Under the pieces are notes generated by a model. That model saw only the letters and a program-made list of their open reading frames with translations, was not told the origin of the DNA and ran no database searches. The position numbers and the translations under genes are program-made. Of a stretch of DNA of 64,000 bases, positions 40,399-52,663 are shown one piece after another (within the stretch, counting starts at the first letter, position 1; the number at the start of each line of letters is the position of its first letter). The DNA is from Patescibacteria group bacterium (GTDB lineage Bacteria > Patescibacteriota > Microgenomatia > Levybacterales > UBA12049): assembly GCA_026004395.1 (NCBI GenBank), contig BPJB01000001.1, positions 649,226 to 713,225 of the forward strand. Reading direction: 5' to 3'.

Positions 40399-41598
40399 TT
40401 ATTGGATTTGCGAAATGAGGTTATAAATAGGAGTAATGATGGAGATAATCAAAAAACCTACTCCTATAGCAAGAAGTACCATTATAAAAGGTTCCATAGC
40501 AGTTGTTAGTGTCTTAATTGTTTGTTCCACCTCGCGTTCAAAATACTCTGAAACTCTCAGCAATGACTCATCAAGTTTACCTGTCTGCTCACCAATCTTA
40601 ACCATCTCAACAACAATTGGAGGAAAAAGAGGGTCCGTAAGCATGGCATCTCCTATTGTAACTCCTTTCTCAACCTTTCTTCCAACCTCAAGGATTGCCT
40701 TACGATAATGGTAATTACCAACAACATCAGAACTCTGATTGAGAGATTCAACAACCAGAGATCCTGTTCCCACCAAAAGACCAAATGTTCTAGTGAACTC
40801 AACCATAGCAGATTGAGCAATCAGCTTACCAAAGATAGGCACTTTTAATAAAAATCCATCAATAAGCATCTTGCCAGTTGGGGTTTTGCCCCAGCGACGC
40901 AAATAATACATGCTAATAACACTACCACCTACTATAAATGGCCAAAATTTGATGGTGAAATTAGATAATCCAACAACCACTCTTGTTGCTAGCGGTAACT
41001 CAATATTAAGATTTTCATACAGAACGCTTAGTTGAGGTATCACAAAAATCATCATTACTGCTATCACTGCAATCATCATAATAATCACAATAATTGGATA
41101 AAGAAGTGCCGATTTAATCATACTTTTTAATTTTTGTTGTTTCTCAAGATTATCTGCTAGGCGCAGGAGTACCTTATCGAGAAGACCGGCTGACTCAGCA
41201 GCTTTTACAAGAGACACATAGATAGGAGAGAAGACTTTGGGATACTTAGCAATTGAATCTGAAAATGATTTACCTTCCTGAATTGTAGATATGATCCCTT
41301 GAACAACTTCCTGCATAGCGGGATTTTGTATTTGATTGCGCAAAATATCAAGAGATTGCATCAGAGTGAGGCCTGAGGTGAGCATGGAAGAAAGCTGTCT
41401 CGTAAAAAAAACAATTTCAGACTTGGCAGACTTTCGTCTCAAACTTAGTAAAAATCCTTTTGATGTCTGTTCTTTAATATGTATAGGAATAAAATTCTGA
41501 CTTCGAAGATACGCTGCAGCATCAGGAATATCCTTAGCTTCAATAATCCCATGAACAATTTTCCCCTGTTGATTAACTGCACGATAGAGAAGCTTCAT
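40399..41598 (-). CDS. pilC: Type IV pilus platform protein PilC (GspF family)
   Basis: Two GspF repeats and 3 TM segments. Confidence 0.85.
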   Translation of the reverse strand: MKLLYRAVNQQGKIVHGIIEAKDIPDAAAYLRSQNFIPIHIKEQTSKGFLLSLRRKSAKSEIVFFTRQLSSMLTSGLTLMQSLDILRNQIQNPAMQEVVQGIISTIQEGKSFSDSIAKYPKVFSPIYVSLVKAAESAGLLDKVLLRLADNLEKQQKLKSMIKSALLYPIIVIIMMIAVIAVMMIFVIPQLSVLYENLNIELPLATRVVVGLSNFTIKFWPFIVGGSVISMYYLRRWGKTPTGKMLIDGFLLKVPIFGKLIAQSAMVEFTRTFGLLVGTGSLVVESLNQSSDVVGNYHYRKAILEVGRKVEKGVTIGDAMLTDPLFPPIVVEMVKIGEQTGKLDESLLRVSEYFEREVEQTIKTLTTAMEPFIMVLLAIGVGFLIISIITPIYNLISQIQ

Positions 41599-41609
41599 AC
41601 TGCATTAAA

Positions 41610-42698
41610 TTATCCGAGCAATCGAGTAAGCTCTTCGGGATGATTGGCAAAACTGCGTGCAGTCTCAAGAGTGACTTGTCCTTCGCGAACAAGTTGTGCA
41701 AGAGATTCTTCAATAGTTATCATGCCAAGATCTTTTGAAGTTTGGATAATTGAATCTATAAGATGCGTCTTTCCATCTCTGATGTTGCTTGCCACTGCTG
41801 GTGTACCTACTAAAATTTCAACAGCAGGTATTCGTCCTCCAGTAATTTTAGGAAGAAGCCGTTGCGAGATTATACCTTTCAAAGAGGCGGCTAGTTGAAT
41901 TCTAATTTGAGATCGTTGATGATCAGGAAAAGCATCAACAATTCGATCAATACTTTGCGCTGCAGAATTAGTATGCAAGGTAGCAAAAACTAGATGTCCT
42001 GTCTCAGCAATAGTAAGAGCAGCGCTAATGGTCTCTGGATCGCGCATTTCCCCAATAAGGACGACATCCGGATCCTCACGTAAAGCGGAGCGAAGAGCCA
42101 TAGCCCAAGAATGTGTATCTGTTCCCATCTCTCTTTGAGAAATAATACTATTCCCCTGAGGATACACATACTCAATTGGATCCTCAATAGTAATGATATG
42201 ACTGGATTTATTGAGATTTATCTCATTGATCATTGCTGCCAGTGTACTTGATTTTCCATGACCTGTCGGACCTGTTACCAAGACAAATCCTTGACGCAAA
42301 TCAGCAAATGAGTGACAAACTCTAGGAAGTTGCAATTGCTCAATGGTGCGAATACTAGGAGGTAAGAAACGAAAAGCTGCTGCTAAATATCCTCTTTGAA
42401 AGTAAGCATTGATTCTAAAACGTCCCAAATCTCCATAGGGACCATCACCAAAACCAAAAGAAAAGTCAAGTTCTTTATTTGCAAGTAATAACTCTTTTTG
42501 CTCTGGAGTCATAAGAGAATAGACAAGAGATTCAAGTGTTTCTCGAGAAAGAGCATCAAAATGAGTTAAATATCTTAGCGAACCATCTACTCTAATAACT
42601 GGTGGAATACCCACTAGTAAATGTAGATCTGAGGCATTGTTCTTGATTGTAAGTTGTAAAAGCTCTTGTATTGATGGTCCCATATTATTCCTGTGCAA
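41610..42698 (-). CDS. pilT: Twitching-motility retraction ATPase PilT
   Basis: Walker A GPTGHGKSST, the Asp box, Walker B and His box, plus a PilT-type AIRNLIRE-like C-terminus. Confidence 0.85.
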   Translation of the reverse strand: MHRNNMGPSIQELLQLTIKNNASDLHLLVGIPPVIRVDGSLRYLTHFDALSRETLESLVYSLMTPEQKELLLANKELDFSFGFGDGPYGDLGRFRINAYFQRGYLAAAFRFLPPSIRTIEQLQLPRVCHSFADLRQGFVLVTGPTGHGKSSTLAAMINEINLNKSSHIITIEDPIEYVYPQGNSIISQREMGTDTHSWAMALRSALREDPDVVLIGEMRDPETISAALTIAETGHLVFATLHTNSAAQSIDRIVDAFPDHQRSQIRIQLAASLKGIISQRLLPKITGGRIPAVEILVGTPAVASNIRDGKTHLIDSIIQTSKDLGMITIEESLAQLVREGQVTLETARSFANHPEELTRLLG

Positions 42699-44556
42699 CT
42701 CTCAATACTTCCTCAATCGTTGTTATGCCTTGCAAAGCTTTAAGATATCCATCTTGCATCATAGTAATCATACCTTCTGCAACAGCCTGTTTTTCAACAG
42801 TTGCACTATCTGGATGTTGTAAAATAAGTTGGGCAATTTTTTCTGTAACTGGAAGCACCTCGTAAATACCAATTCTACCTTGATATCCTGAACCTCCGCA
42901 TTCGCTACAACCTTTACCTCTGTAGAGTCTTACTTCTTCATCTTTATATTTATATAGATTACCTAGTACAGATTTTATTTGTGCAAGAATTTGCGGTGTG
43001 GGAACATAGGATTCTTTACAATATTTACAGATACGCCTTGTAATACGCTGACCCACAATAGCATTCATTGTTGATGCAAGAAGAAAAGGCTCAGCACCAA
43101 GATCAATAAGACGCGGCAGCGCTCCTGCTGCACTGGAAGTATGAATTGTTGAAAAAACTAAATGGCCAGTAAGAGAAGCTTGGAGAGCAAGATCTGTAGT
43201 CTCTTTGTCTCTAATTTCCCCAACAAGAATAATATTAGGATCTTGGCGGAGGAAGGCTCTAAGACCTGAGGCAAATGTAAGTCCTACTGCAGGATTGACC
43301 TGCACCTGATTTACTCCAGGAATTTGATACTCAACAGGATCTTCCAAAGACATAATGTTCACCTTTGGAGTATTCAATTTCGATAAAATTGCATAAAGAG
43401 TCGTCGTTTTTCCGCTACCTGTTGGACCACATACGAGAATAATTCCATGTGGTCTTGCAATCGCATTTTCTAAATTCTTTAATGCTGTTCCTCCAAGTCC
43501 CAGATCGGGAAGAGTTGGAATACCACCTGATTTTCTCAAAAGACGCATAACAATTTTCTCTCCATTAACTGTAGGGAGGATGGAGACACGCAGATCTACC
43601 TCTTGATCTCCTGTCTTAAAGTTGAATCGTCCATCCTGCGGCGTCCTATGTTCATCAATTTTAAGATCAGAGAGAATCTTAATTCTAGAGATCAGTGCTT
43701 CTTGGACGTTTTTGGGAAGACTAAGCTTATCATAAAGAATACCATCAATACGATACCTAACTCGCACTCTATCTTCTTGAGGTTCAATATGAACGTCAGA
43801 GGAACGACTAGTAACAGCGTATTCTAATATCGTAGATACTATTTTGGCAATTGGAGCTTCTTTGATAATCTGAGAAATTTGTGTACTGTCTACTGTCTTT
43901 TTTTTACTAAATTCCTCTGACTCTTTTATAGCTGCTCCAACTTCTCCTACTAATTCTTGTCTATACTCCTGATTAATAGCAGCTTGTACTTCTGAGGGAG
44001 CAGCAGCAAATGTTTTAATATTAAGTCCTGTTTTCTTTTTGACAAACTCTATTGCCTCAAGATCAACAGGATTAGCCATTGCTACGTATAGAACCTGAGC
44101 TTTTTCATCATAGAAAAAGGGGATAAGTGAAAAACGCTCCACAACAGCTCGAGGCAAAAAACCTATTGCCTGAGGAGCAAAAGAGGTAGAAGTTAGAGAA
44201 ATATAAGGAACCCCTAAGAGCTTAGCCTTTGCTTCAGCTAGCTTTGCCTCAGGAACAATCCCCATCTCCTCGATGACTTTCTCAACTGGTTTACCCTCCA
44301 GAGCACTTTTTACTTTTATATCACTCGCTTGCTTAAAAGAAAGCGCATTTTCTGCAAGAAGAATATCAAGAAGAGATGAAGAGCTATCATCATTTACAGA
44401 AGAAGACGCAGAGGCAGAGGGTGATGATACATTCTGAGGCGTTGCAACAGAAGACGTCTGCTGAGTGGAAGGTGCAGTTTGTACATTCTGAAGATTAGTT
44501 TGAGTTGATGAATTATTGATCTGGACAGAATCAGACATTATTACCATAGTAGTCAA
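42685..44556 (-). CDS. pilB: Type IV pilus assembly ATPase PilB (GspE family) with an N-terminal Ser/Thr/Gln-rich extension
   Basis: Walker A GPTGSGKTTT and a tetracysteine CxxC...CxxC. The first roughly 60 aa are low-complexity. Confidence 0.85.
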   Translation of the reverse strand: MTTMVIMSDSVQINNSSTQTNLQNVQTAPSTQQTSSVATPQNVSSPSASASSSVNDDSSSSLLDILLAENALSFKQASDIKVKSALEGKPVEKVIEEMGIVPEAKLAEAKAKLLGVPYISLTSTSFAPQAIGFLPRAVVERFSLIPFFYDEKAQVLYVAMANPVDLEAIEFVKKKTGLNIKTFAAAPSEVQAAINQEYRQELVGEVGAAIKESEEFSKKKTVDSTQISQIIKEAPIAKIVSTILEYAVTSRSSDVHIEPQEDRVRVRYRIDGILYDKLSLPKNVQEALISRIKILSDLKIDEHRTPQDGRFNFKTGDQEVDLRVSILPTVNGEKIVMRLLRKSGGIPTLPDLGLGGTALKNLENAIARPHGIILVCGPTGSGKTTTLYAILSKLNTPKVNIMSLEDPVEYQIPGVNQVQVNPAVGLTFASGLRAFLRQDPNIILVGEIRDKETTDLALQASLTGHLVFSTIHTSSAAGALPRLIDLGAEPFLLASTMNAIVGQRITRRICKYCKESYVPTPQILAQIKSVLGNLYKYKDEEVRLYRGKGCSECGGSGYQGRIGIYEVLPVTEKIAQLILQHPDSATVEKQAVAEGMITMMQDGYLKALQGITTIEEVLRVAQE

Positions 44557-44607
44557 CCAGGTAATCCCCTGTCAAGAAAAGTTTTATAAATAGTATAATA
44601 AGAATCA

Positions 44608-45297
44608 ATGAATAGTTTTCTTTATGTCTTAGAGGATGAGGATCTTTTCTCCTCCTCAATATCTGATTTTTGTAAGAATCATAAGATTCAAACTATTGAT
44701 TGCAGAATCTTTAGTTTGTCCTCTTTTCTTAAAGAAGGAAAAAAAGATAAAGCATTATCATTAGGTATTGAAGACATTAAAGCAATTCAACAAGCAGTAT
44801 TTCTTAAACCTATCAAAAGTAAAAATAAAGTAATTGTTATTCAACAGGCAGAACTTCTAACAATACCCGCTCAGAATGCACTTCTTAAATTATTGGAAGA
44901 ACCTCCAGATAATACCTATATTATTCTCACAACAACAAACTCTAATATACTACTGCCAACAATTCATTCTCGTTGTCAAATTGTTAAAATAAAAGCTCAC
45001 AAAAAAGTAACAATAACCAAGTCATCAGAAGCAGTTGATTTTGCAAAAATAACGCAGTTAGAAATACGAGAAGCACTGAAGCATGCGGAAGAATTAGCAA
45101 AGGATAAAGAGCAAACCTTAAATTATTTGAAGAATGCAATTTTATATTTTCGTGAAAGTATGATAAGTCCAAACCAAAGAAAATATTATCTTTGCTCAAC
45201 TGTCAAAAAACTTCAGGAAGCATACACAATCATTCAAACGACCAATACCAATCCAAGAATTGTCTTAGAAGATTTATTTCTCACACTTTCCCAATAA
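44608..45297 (+). CDS. holB: DNA polymerase III delta-prime subunit-like (clamp-loader AAA+)
   Basis: QNALLKLLEEPP and SRCQ (sensor-1) motifs. Short form. Confidence 0.65.
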   Translation: MNSFLYVLEDEDLFSSSISDFCKNHKIQTIDCRIFSLSSFLKEGKKDKALSLGIEDIKAIQQAVFLKPIKSKNKVIVIQQAELLTIPAQNALLKLLEEPPDNTYIILTTTNSNILLPTIHSRCQIVKIKAHKKVTITKSSEAVDFAKITQLEIREALKHAEELAKDKEQTLNYLKNAILYFRESMISPNQRKYYLCSTVKKLQEAYTIIQTTNTNPRIVLEDLFLTLSQ

Positions 45298-45375
45298 GCA
45301 AAATAATAATTGTTGCATTATTCTTACTAAAATTCTCACTTTTTCTTAAACAATAATGATATTGTAGTAAACACT

Positions 45376-45618
45376 ATGCCACTTCTAGAAATAGATAGGA
45401 GAAAAAATATCCCTCAAAATGCTATTTCAAGTAAACAAGAAATAAATCCTTTCTCTTATCCTCCTGTTGGAGGCTTTGAAGATGTTTTATTACGATCTAT
45501 TACCTATAAAGATAATGAAGAAGAAGTATCCTCTATGGATACTATACCCTCTGATCTTCCTGATGCCATCAAACATATCCGAGAGGAGATAAGAAACCGT
45601 TCTCCTACTAGGAAGTAA
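45376..45618 (+). CDS. Hypothetical small acidic protein
   Basis: ORF only; no recognisable motif. Confidence 0.3.
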   Translation: MPLLEIDRRKNIPQNAISSKQEINPFSYPPVGGFEDVLLRSITYKDNEEEVSSMDTIPSDLPDAIKHIREEIRNRSPTRK

Positions 45619-45711
45619 TCAAAATGGATACTTTGAAAAAATAGTTTTTTTAGCCTTAAATGAATGTGAAAAAGCTGCGCAAAAAATGAATTTTCTGAGG
45701 GTATCAAACGC

Positions 45712-47707
<1,996 letters not shown>

Positions 47708-47813
47708 CACAGATATGAGAAGATTAGAATCACAAATTAATTGCCAAAATTATCTCAAATGCTAAGTATTTTAACTTTTGTTTTTTATTCTGAACATTGA
47801 AGGAGGTGAATAT

Positions 47814-48329
47814 ATGAACATCAAACAATTATCATCAGGAAAAAATCCAGAAGAAGGACAGATAAATGTTCTTGTTGAGATTCCCAAAGACAGCAGTATC
47901 AAATATGAATTAGACAAAGAATCAGGAATTATTTTAGTTGATCGATTTCTTCATACAGCTATGAAATTCCCCACAAATTATGGATTTGTCCCTAATACCC
48001 AAGCTGATGATGGTGATCCGTTAGATGTCATGGTACTCTCTGAGTATCCTGTAGCTCCTGGTACCATCCTACCATCAGTTGTTATCGGAATGCTTGAGAT
48101 GGAAGATGAAGCAGGAATAGATACCAAAATCTTAGCTGTTCCCACAGAGAAAATTGATCCCTTTTTTGGGGCATACAAAGATATCAACGATATTCCTGAA
48201 GCAATTAAAAATAAATTAAAACATTTTTATGAAAATTACAAATCACTTGAACCTGGAAAATGGGTCAAGTTGAAAGAGTGGAAGAATAAACAGAATGCGC
48301 TTGAAGCTGTTAAAAAAGCTCTGAAATGA
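47814..48329 (+). CDS. ppa: Inorganic pyrophosphatase (family I)
   Basis: [10 protein letters not shown] and YELDKESG motifs. Strong Shine-Dalgarno GAAGGAGGTGA 6 nt upstream of the ATG at 47814. Confidence 0.9.
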   Translation: MNIKQLSSGKNPEEGQINVLVEIPKDSSIKYELDKESGIILVDRFLHTAMKFPTNYGFVPNTQADDGDPLDVMVLSEYPVAPGTILPSVVIGMLEMEDEAGIDTKILAVPTEKIDPFFGAYKDINDIPEAIKNKLKHFYENYKSLEPGKWVKLKEWKNKQNALEAVKKALK

Positions 48330-48343
48330 ACGTTTAGACTTTC

Positions 48344-48372
48344 TCTTCTCGTCCTCAAAGAGGATGAGAAGA
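48344..48372 (+). terminator. Strong hairpin (13-bp stem, AAA loop) between ppa and gyrA; no U-tract
   Basis: tcttctcgtcctc-aaa-gaggatgagaaga with one G-U pair. Confidence 0.3.
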
Positions 48373-48399
48373 AATAGCCTAAGCGTATTTTTATTGATT

Positions 48400-50952
48400 A
48401 TGAGTAAAAATATAGGCAAACTACAACCAGTTGATATCTCAGATGAGATGAAAAAAGCGTATCTTAATTACGCTATGTCCGTTATTGTCGCCAGAGCGCT
48501 TCCTGATGTGAGAGATGGACTCAAACCAGTCCATAGAAGAATTCTCTATGCAATGCACGAGATGAATCTCACTCATCAAGCAAAGTATGTAAAAAGTGCA
48601 AAAGTAGCAGGTGAAGTAATGGGTAATTATCATCCACATGGGGATGCTCCTATTTACGATGCGATGGTAAGACTTGCACAAGACTTTTCTATGCGCTATC
48701 CACTAATAGATGGGCAGGGAAATTTTGGATCAATTGATGGAGATCCGCCTGCTGCAATGCGTTACACCGAAGTACGAATGACCGCAATAGCATCCGAACT
48801 GCTTGTTGATATTGATAAAGAGACAGTTGATTTTATTCCCACATTTGATGCCACACGATCAGAGCCTGTCTATCTTCCAGCCAAACTTCCCAATCTCTTA
48901 CTCATGGGGTCAGAAGGAATAGCAGTAGGCATGGCAACAAAAATTCCACCTCACAATTTAGGAGAAGTTGTTGATGCAATTCTCTACATGATTGATAAAA
49001 CCAAAATTACCTTATCTGATAATCTATCCCATAAAGAAAACCAAAATAGTCCTGTTATTGTCCAAGGGACAACAGCTGTCCCTCTGGCGTCACCAACAAA
49101 CATTGAACTTGTATCAGAGGTCACTATTGATGAACTGCTCACATTTATAAAAGGTCCTGACTTTCCAACAGCGGGAGCTATTTTTGATATTACAGAAATT
49201 AGAAATGCATACATAACAGGAAGAGGAAAAATTCTCATTAGAGGAAAAGCGGAAATTGAAGAAATCGGACAAGGTAAATCTGCAATTATTATTACTGAAA
49301 TTCCCTATCAGGTTAACAAAGCACTTCTTATCAGTAGAATTGCCGACCTTGCAAAAGAGAAAAAAATTGAAGGGATATCAGATCTTCGCGATGAATCAGA
49401 TAGAAGAGGATTAAGAGTTGTTATCGAATTAAAACGAGACGCAACTCCCAAAAAAGTACTTAACAATCTTTTCAAATACACCGCTTTGCAAACATCATTT
49501 CCAGTAAATATGGTGGCACTAGTCAACGGAACGCCTCAAACACTCAATCTAAAAGTTGTTCTTGAAGAATATCTCAAACATCGTTACATCGTCATACGCA
49601 GAAGATCTGAATTTGAGCTCAAACAAGCAAAAGCCCGACTGCATATACTGGAAGGACTCAAAATTGCAGTTGATAATATAGACGCTGTTATTCAAACGAT
49701 TCGCAACTCCAAAGATCAGGAAGAAGCGAAAAAAAATTTGATGACCAAATTCAAATTATCAGATCTACAAGCAACTGCTATTCTTGATATGCAACTGCGT
49801 CGATTAGCAGCACTTGAGAGACAAAAGATCGAAGAAGAACTCCAGCTAGTTATAAAAATGATTGCCTATTTGACTGATCTTCTTGAAAATCCGGAGAAGA
49901 TACTAATCGTCATCAAAGATGAGCTACAAAAATTAAAAGAAAAATACGCGGATCCCAGACGAACAAAAGTATTTAAAGGTAAAGTAGGGGAGTTCTCAGA
50001 GGAAGATCTCATACCCAACGAACCAACGGTCATTACACTCACACAAACTGGCTATATCAAAAGACAATCAATGAATAGCTTCCATACGCAACAGAGAGGA
50101 GGAAAAGGTATTCGAGGCATGATCACCAAAGAAGAGGATGCTATATCACATATTCGCTCAGCAATGACACACGATAATATACTTTTTTTCACCAATAAAG
50201 GAAAAGTTTATCAACTAAAAGCATACGAGATTGCTGAAAGTAGCCGTGTCAGTAAAGGAACAGCTATAGTTAATCTTCTCAATATCGAACAAGGTGAAAG
50301 AGTAGAGTCATTCGTAATCGTAAAAAAAGATGAAAAAGGGTTTGTTTTTCTTACTACACGCAAAGGTACTGTGAAAAAGACTTCCCTTTCTGAGTTTGAG
50401 AGTATTCGACGCAATGGGATGATTGCCATCAAACTGGAAAACGGAGATGAACTTGTATGGAGTAATATATCAACCGGAGCTGATGATGTCTTGATAGTAA
50501 CTCGTCAAGGAAAAGCCATTAGATTTTCTGAAACCTCCGTACGCCCACTTGGAAGAGCAACAACAGGTGTAAGAGGGATAAAACTTGCACCGGGTGATGA
50601 AGTCATCAGTATGGACGTAATCAACAAAGACGACAACACAGCTGAACTTCTAACAATTATGGCAAATGGACTGGGGAAAAAGACCTTTGTTTCTCAATTT
50701 CCACGACAGGAGCGGGGAGGTCAAGGAGTGAAGGTAGCAAAAGTTACAGAAAAAACAGGTCATGTTGTTGTTTCACAAATTATTCCGAAAGACTGCGAAG
50801 AATTAATAATTACCTCTAAAAAAGGCCAGGTAGTAAAACTCGACATAGCTTCTATTCCAAGACTCCAGCGGGATACGCAAGGAGTTATACTCATGCGTTT
50901 TTCCGACACTAATGATGGAATTGCCGCTGCTACCCCTGTTGAAAAATCCTAA
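48400..50952 (+). CDS. gyrA: DNA gyrase subunit A
   Basis: Catalytic Tyr context [10 protein letters not shown], a GyrA-box-like region, and C-terminal beta-pinwheel repeats. The start is most likely the ATG at 48400 (MSKNIGK...). Confidence 0.95.
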   Translation: MSKNIGKLQPVDISDEMKKAYLNYAMSVIVARALPDVRDGLKPVHRRILYAMHEMNLTHQAKYVKSAKVAGEVMGNYHPHGDAPIYDAMVRLAQDFSMRYPLIDGQGNFGSIDGDPPAAMRYTEVRMTAIASELLVDIDKETVDFIPTFDATRSEPVYLPAKLPNLLLMGSEGIAVGMATKIPPHNLGEVVDAILYMIDKTKITLSDNLSHKENQNSPVIVQGTTAVPLASPTNIELVSEVTIDELLTFIKGPDFPTAGAIFDITEIRNAYITGRGKILIRGKAEIEEIGQGKSAIIITEIPYQVNKALLISRIADLAKEKKIEGISDLRDESDRRGLRVVIELKRDATPKKVLNNLFKYTALQTSFPVNMVALVNGTPQTLNLKVVLEEYLKHRYIVIRRRSEFELKQAKARLHILEGLKIAVDNIDAVIQTIRNSKDQEEAKKNLMTKFKLSDLQATAILDMQLRRLAALERQKIEEELQLVIKMIAYLTDLLENPEKILIVIKDELQKLKEKYADPRRTKVFKGKVGEFSEEDLIPNEPTVITLTQTGYIKRQSMNSFHTQQRGGKGIRGMITKEEDAISHIRSAMTHDNILFFTNKGKVYQLKAYEIAESSRVSKGTAIVNLLNIEQGERVESFVIVKKDEKGFVFLTTRKGTVKKTSLSEFESIRRNGMIAIKLENGDELVWSNISTGADDVLIVTRQGKAIRFSETSVRPLGRATTGVRGIKLAPGDEVISMDVINKDDNTAELLTIMANGLGKKTFVSQFPRQERGGQGVKVAKVTEKTGHVVVSQIIPKDCEELIITSKKGQVVKLDIASIPRLQRDTQGVILMRFSDTNDGIAAATPVEKS

Positions 50953-51032
50953 TATAATTTGCTATAAGCCAAGATATATCCTATAATATTTAGGTTATTT
51001 CTTCTCTAAATGAGAACAACTAAACTAAAAAT

Positions 51033-51869
51033 ATGAAAATCAATGGCAAACAGATTGCTGAATCCATATTTGAATCTTTAAGAAGAGAAGTTGAATTACT
51101 TAAGAGTCAGGGAATAATTCCACACCTAGCAGTAATTTTAGTTGGAGATAATCAATCATCTGCTATCTATGTACGGCAAAAAGAACTTAAGGCAAAATCA
51201 ATTGGGGCTAAGATTTCTGTATATAGACTTAAAGAAGATATTTCACAAGCTGAGATTCTTTCACTTATCAACCAATTAAATGCTGATCCCAATGTTCATG
51301 GTATCATTATCCAAAGACCACTTCCACCTCATATTGACGATCAGGTAATCACCTATAGTACTGACGCTAATAAAGATGTTGATGGATTTAGACATGATTC
51401 ACCTTTTTCTCCTCCTGTTGCATTAGCAGTACATCGAATTCTTGAGGAAATCAAAAAGAAAGAACATTCTCAAAAATCTTTTGATGCGTGGATAAAAAAT
51501 AAAAAAATAGTTCTTATTGGCAAAGGACAAACCGCTGGCAGACCAATGATGAATTATTTTGCAAAATTAGATATTCCCTTTACAGTAATTGATAGTAAAA
51601 CAAAAGATAAAGAAAACATATTAAGAAATGCTGATATTCTCATCAGCGCAGTAGGGAAGAGGGAAGTTATAAGACCAAAATTTATCAAAAAAGGAGCAAT
51701 TTTAATAGGAGTTGGTATGCATCCTGAGAAAGGCAAAATGCACGCTGATTATGAACAAAATCTTATTGCTGAAAAAGCAAGCTATTTTACTCCTGTTCCA
51801 AAAGGTGTCGGACCTGTAAATGTAGCTATGCTACTTCACAATTTAATAAAAGCTGCAAAACGTCATTAA
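51033..51869 (+). CDS. folD: Bifunctional methylenetetrahydrofolate dehydrogenase/cyclohydrolase
   Basis: Conserved HLAVILVGDNQSSAIYVRQK and C-terminal PVPKGVGPVNVAMLL. Confidence 0.9.
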   Translation: MKINGKQIAESIFESLRREVELLKSQGIIPHLAVILVGDNQSSAIYVRQKELKAKSIGAKISVYRLKEDISQAEILSLINQLNADPNVHGIIIQRPLPPHIDDQVITYSTDANKDVDGFRHDSPFSPPVALAVHRILEEIKKKEHSQKSFDAWIKNKKIVLIGKGQTAGRPMMNYFAKLDIPFTVIDSKTKDKENILRNADILISAVGKREVIRPKFIKKGAILIGVGMHPEKGKMHADYEQNLIAEKASYFTPVPKGVGPVNVAMLLHNLIKAAKRH

Positions 51870-51912
51870 AATTGTCATTGACATTTTCATCTGTTACCAC
51901 TAGACTAGAATC

Positions 51913-51935
51913 CCAGGAGCAATCCTGGTTTTTTT
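51913..51935 (+). terminator. Rho-independent terminator-like hairpin (CCAGGA-GCAA-TCCTGG + T7) downstream of folD
   Basis: 6-bp GC-rich stem and tetraloop followed by TTTTTTT. It abuts the ATG at 51936. A TTGACA-17-TAGACT motif (51878-51906) lies just upstream. Confidence 0.5.
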
Positions 51936-52523
51936 ATGCCTGAAAGATTAAAAATAGTGACACCGGAAAAAAATGATGGCTTCTACCTATCTCCCAATTC
52001 AGCGAATAATAATGAACCCAATTCGGATCTTATTTCTACTCCTTTATACAAGGCAAAACAATTCAGCACACTCTGCTACGAACTTGATAGCTGCAATGAT
52101 TTCGATAGGTCAAAAAAGATTAGCCAATTAAAGCATCTTATTATTACATCAATAACTTCAACCTCCTACTTCCAGAAATATCTTCTAGATTTAACAAGAC
52201 AGATAGAGAATGGAGAAAGTGTTCTTTATTTCTCATCGCTTTTTGAGCTAGCAGGAGTTGATCTTGAAAATCATCATTTAGGAGCTTTTACGAAAGAGGG
52301 AGCACAAAAAGTTGAAGAGCGACAACTAAGGATATTTCTTCCTGCAGAAATTATGTGGGCTCGCAGAAATGGTCAGTTTCAAAGAACTGAACAGCTAACT
52401 AACTTGTATAATAGTTGGCTGAATGCTTATCAGAAATATTATGATCCAGATCCAAAAGATATAGAGTCAATTAAAGCAAACCTCTCATCTGTTATGCAAA
52501 GAGACAATAAGTTCAGAAGATAA
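51936..52523 (+). CDS. Hypothetical protein
   Basis: ORF only. Confidence 0.35.
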   Translation: MPERLKIVTPEKNDGFYLSPNSANNNEPNSDLISTPLYKAKQFSTLCYELDSCNDFDRSKKISQLKHLIITSITSTSYFQKYLLDLTRQIENGESVLYFSSLFELAGVDLENHHLGAFTKEGAQKVEERQLRIFLPAEIMWARRNGQFQRTEQLTNLYNSWLNAYQKYYDPDPKDIESIKANLSSVMQRDNKFRR

Positions 52524-52526
52524 ATA

Positions 52527-52614
52527 TTTAGAGGTGAAACCTCTAATTCAAATAGTGGTATAAAAATAATGTTTATATTGAATAATCAATCTTTTTAGAG
52601 GTGAAACCTCTAAT
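52527..52614 (+). repeat. Two identical 21-nt palindromic elements (TTTAGAGGTgaaACCTCTAAT) 67 nt apart
   Basis: The copies at 52527-52547 and 52594-52614 each form an 8-bp stem with a GAA loop. The second abuts a TTGACA(52618)-16-TACAAT promoter for the 52664 gene. Confidence 0.5.
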
Positions 52615-52663
52615 GATTTGACAAAAAAATAAAAATCTTTACAATAGATTTATATCCTCATTT

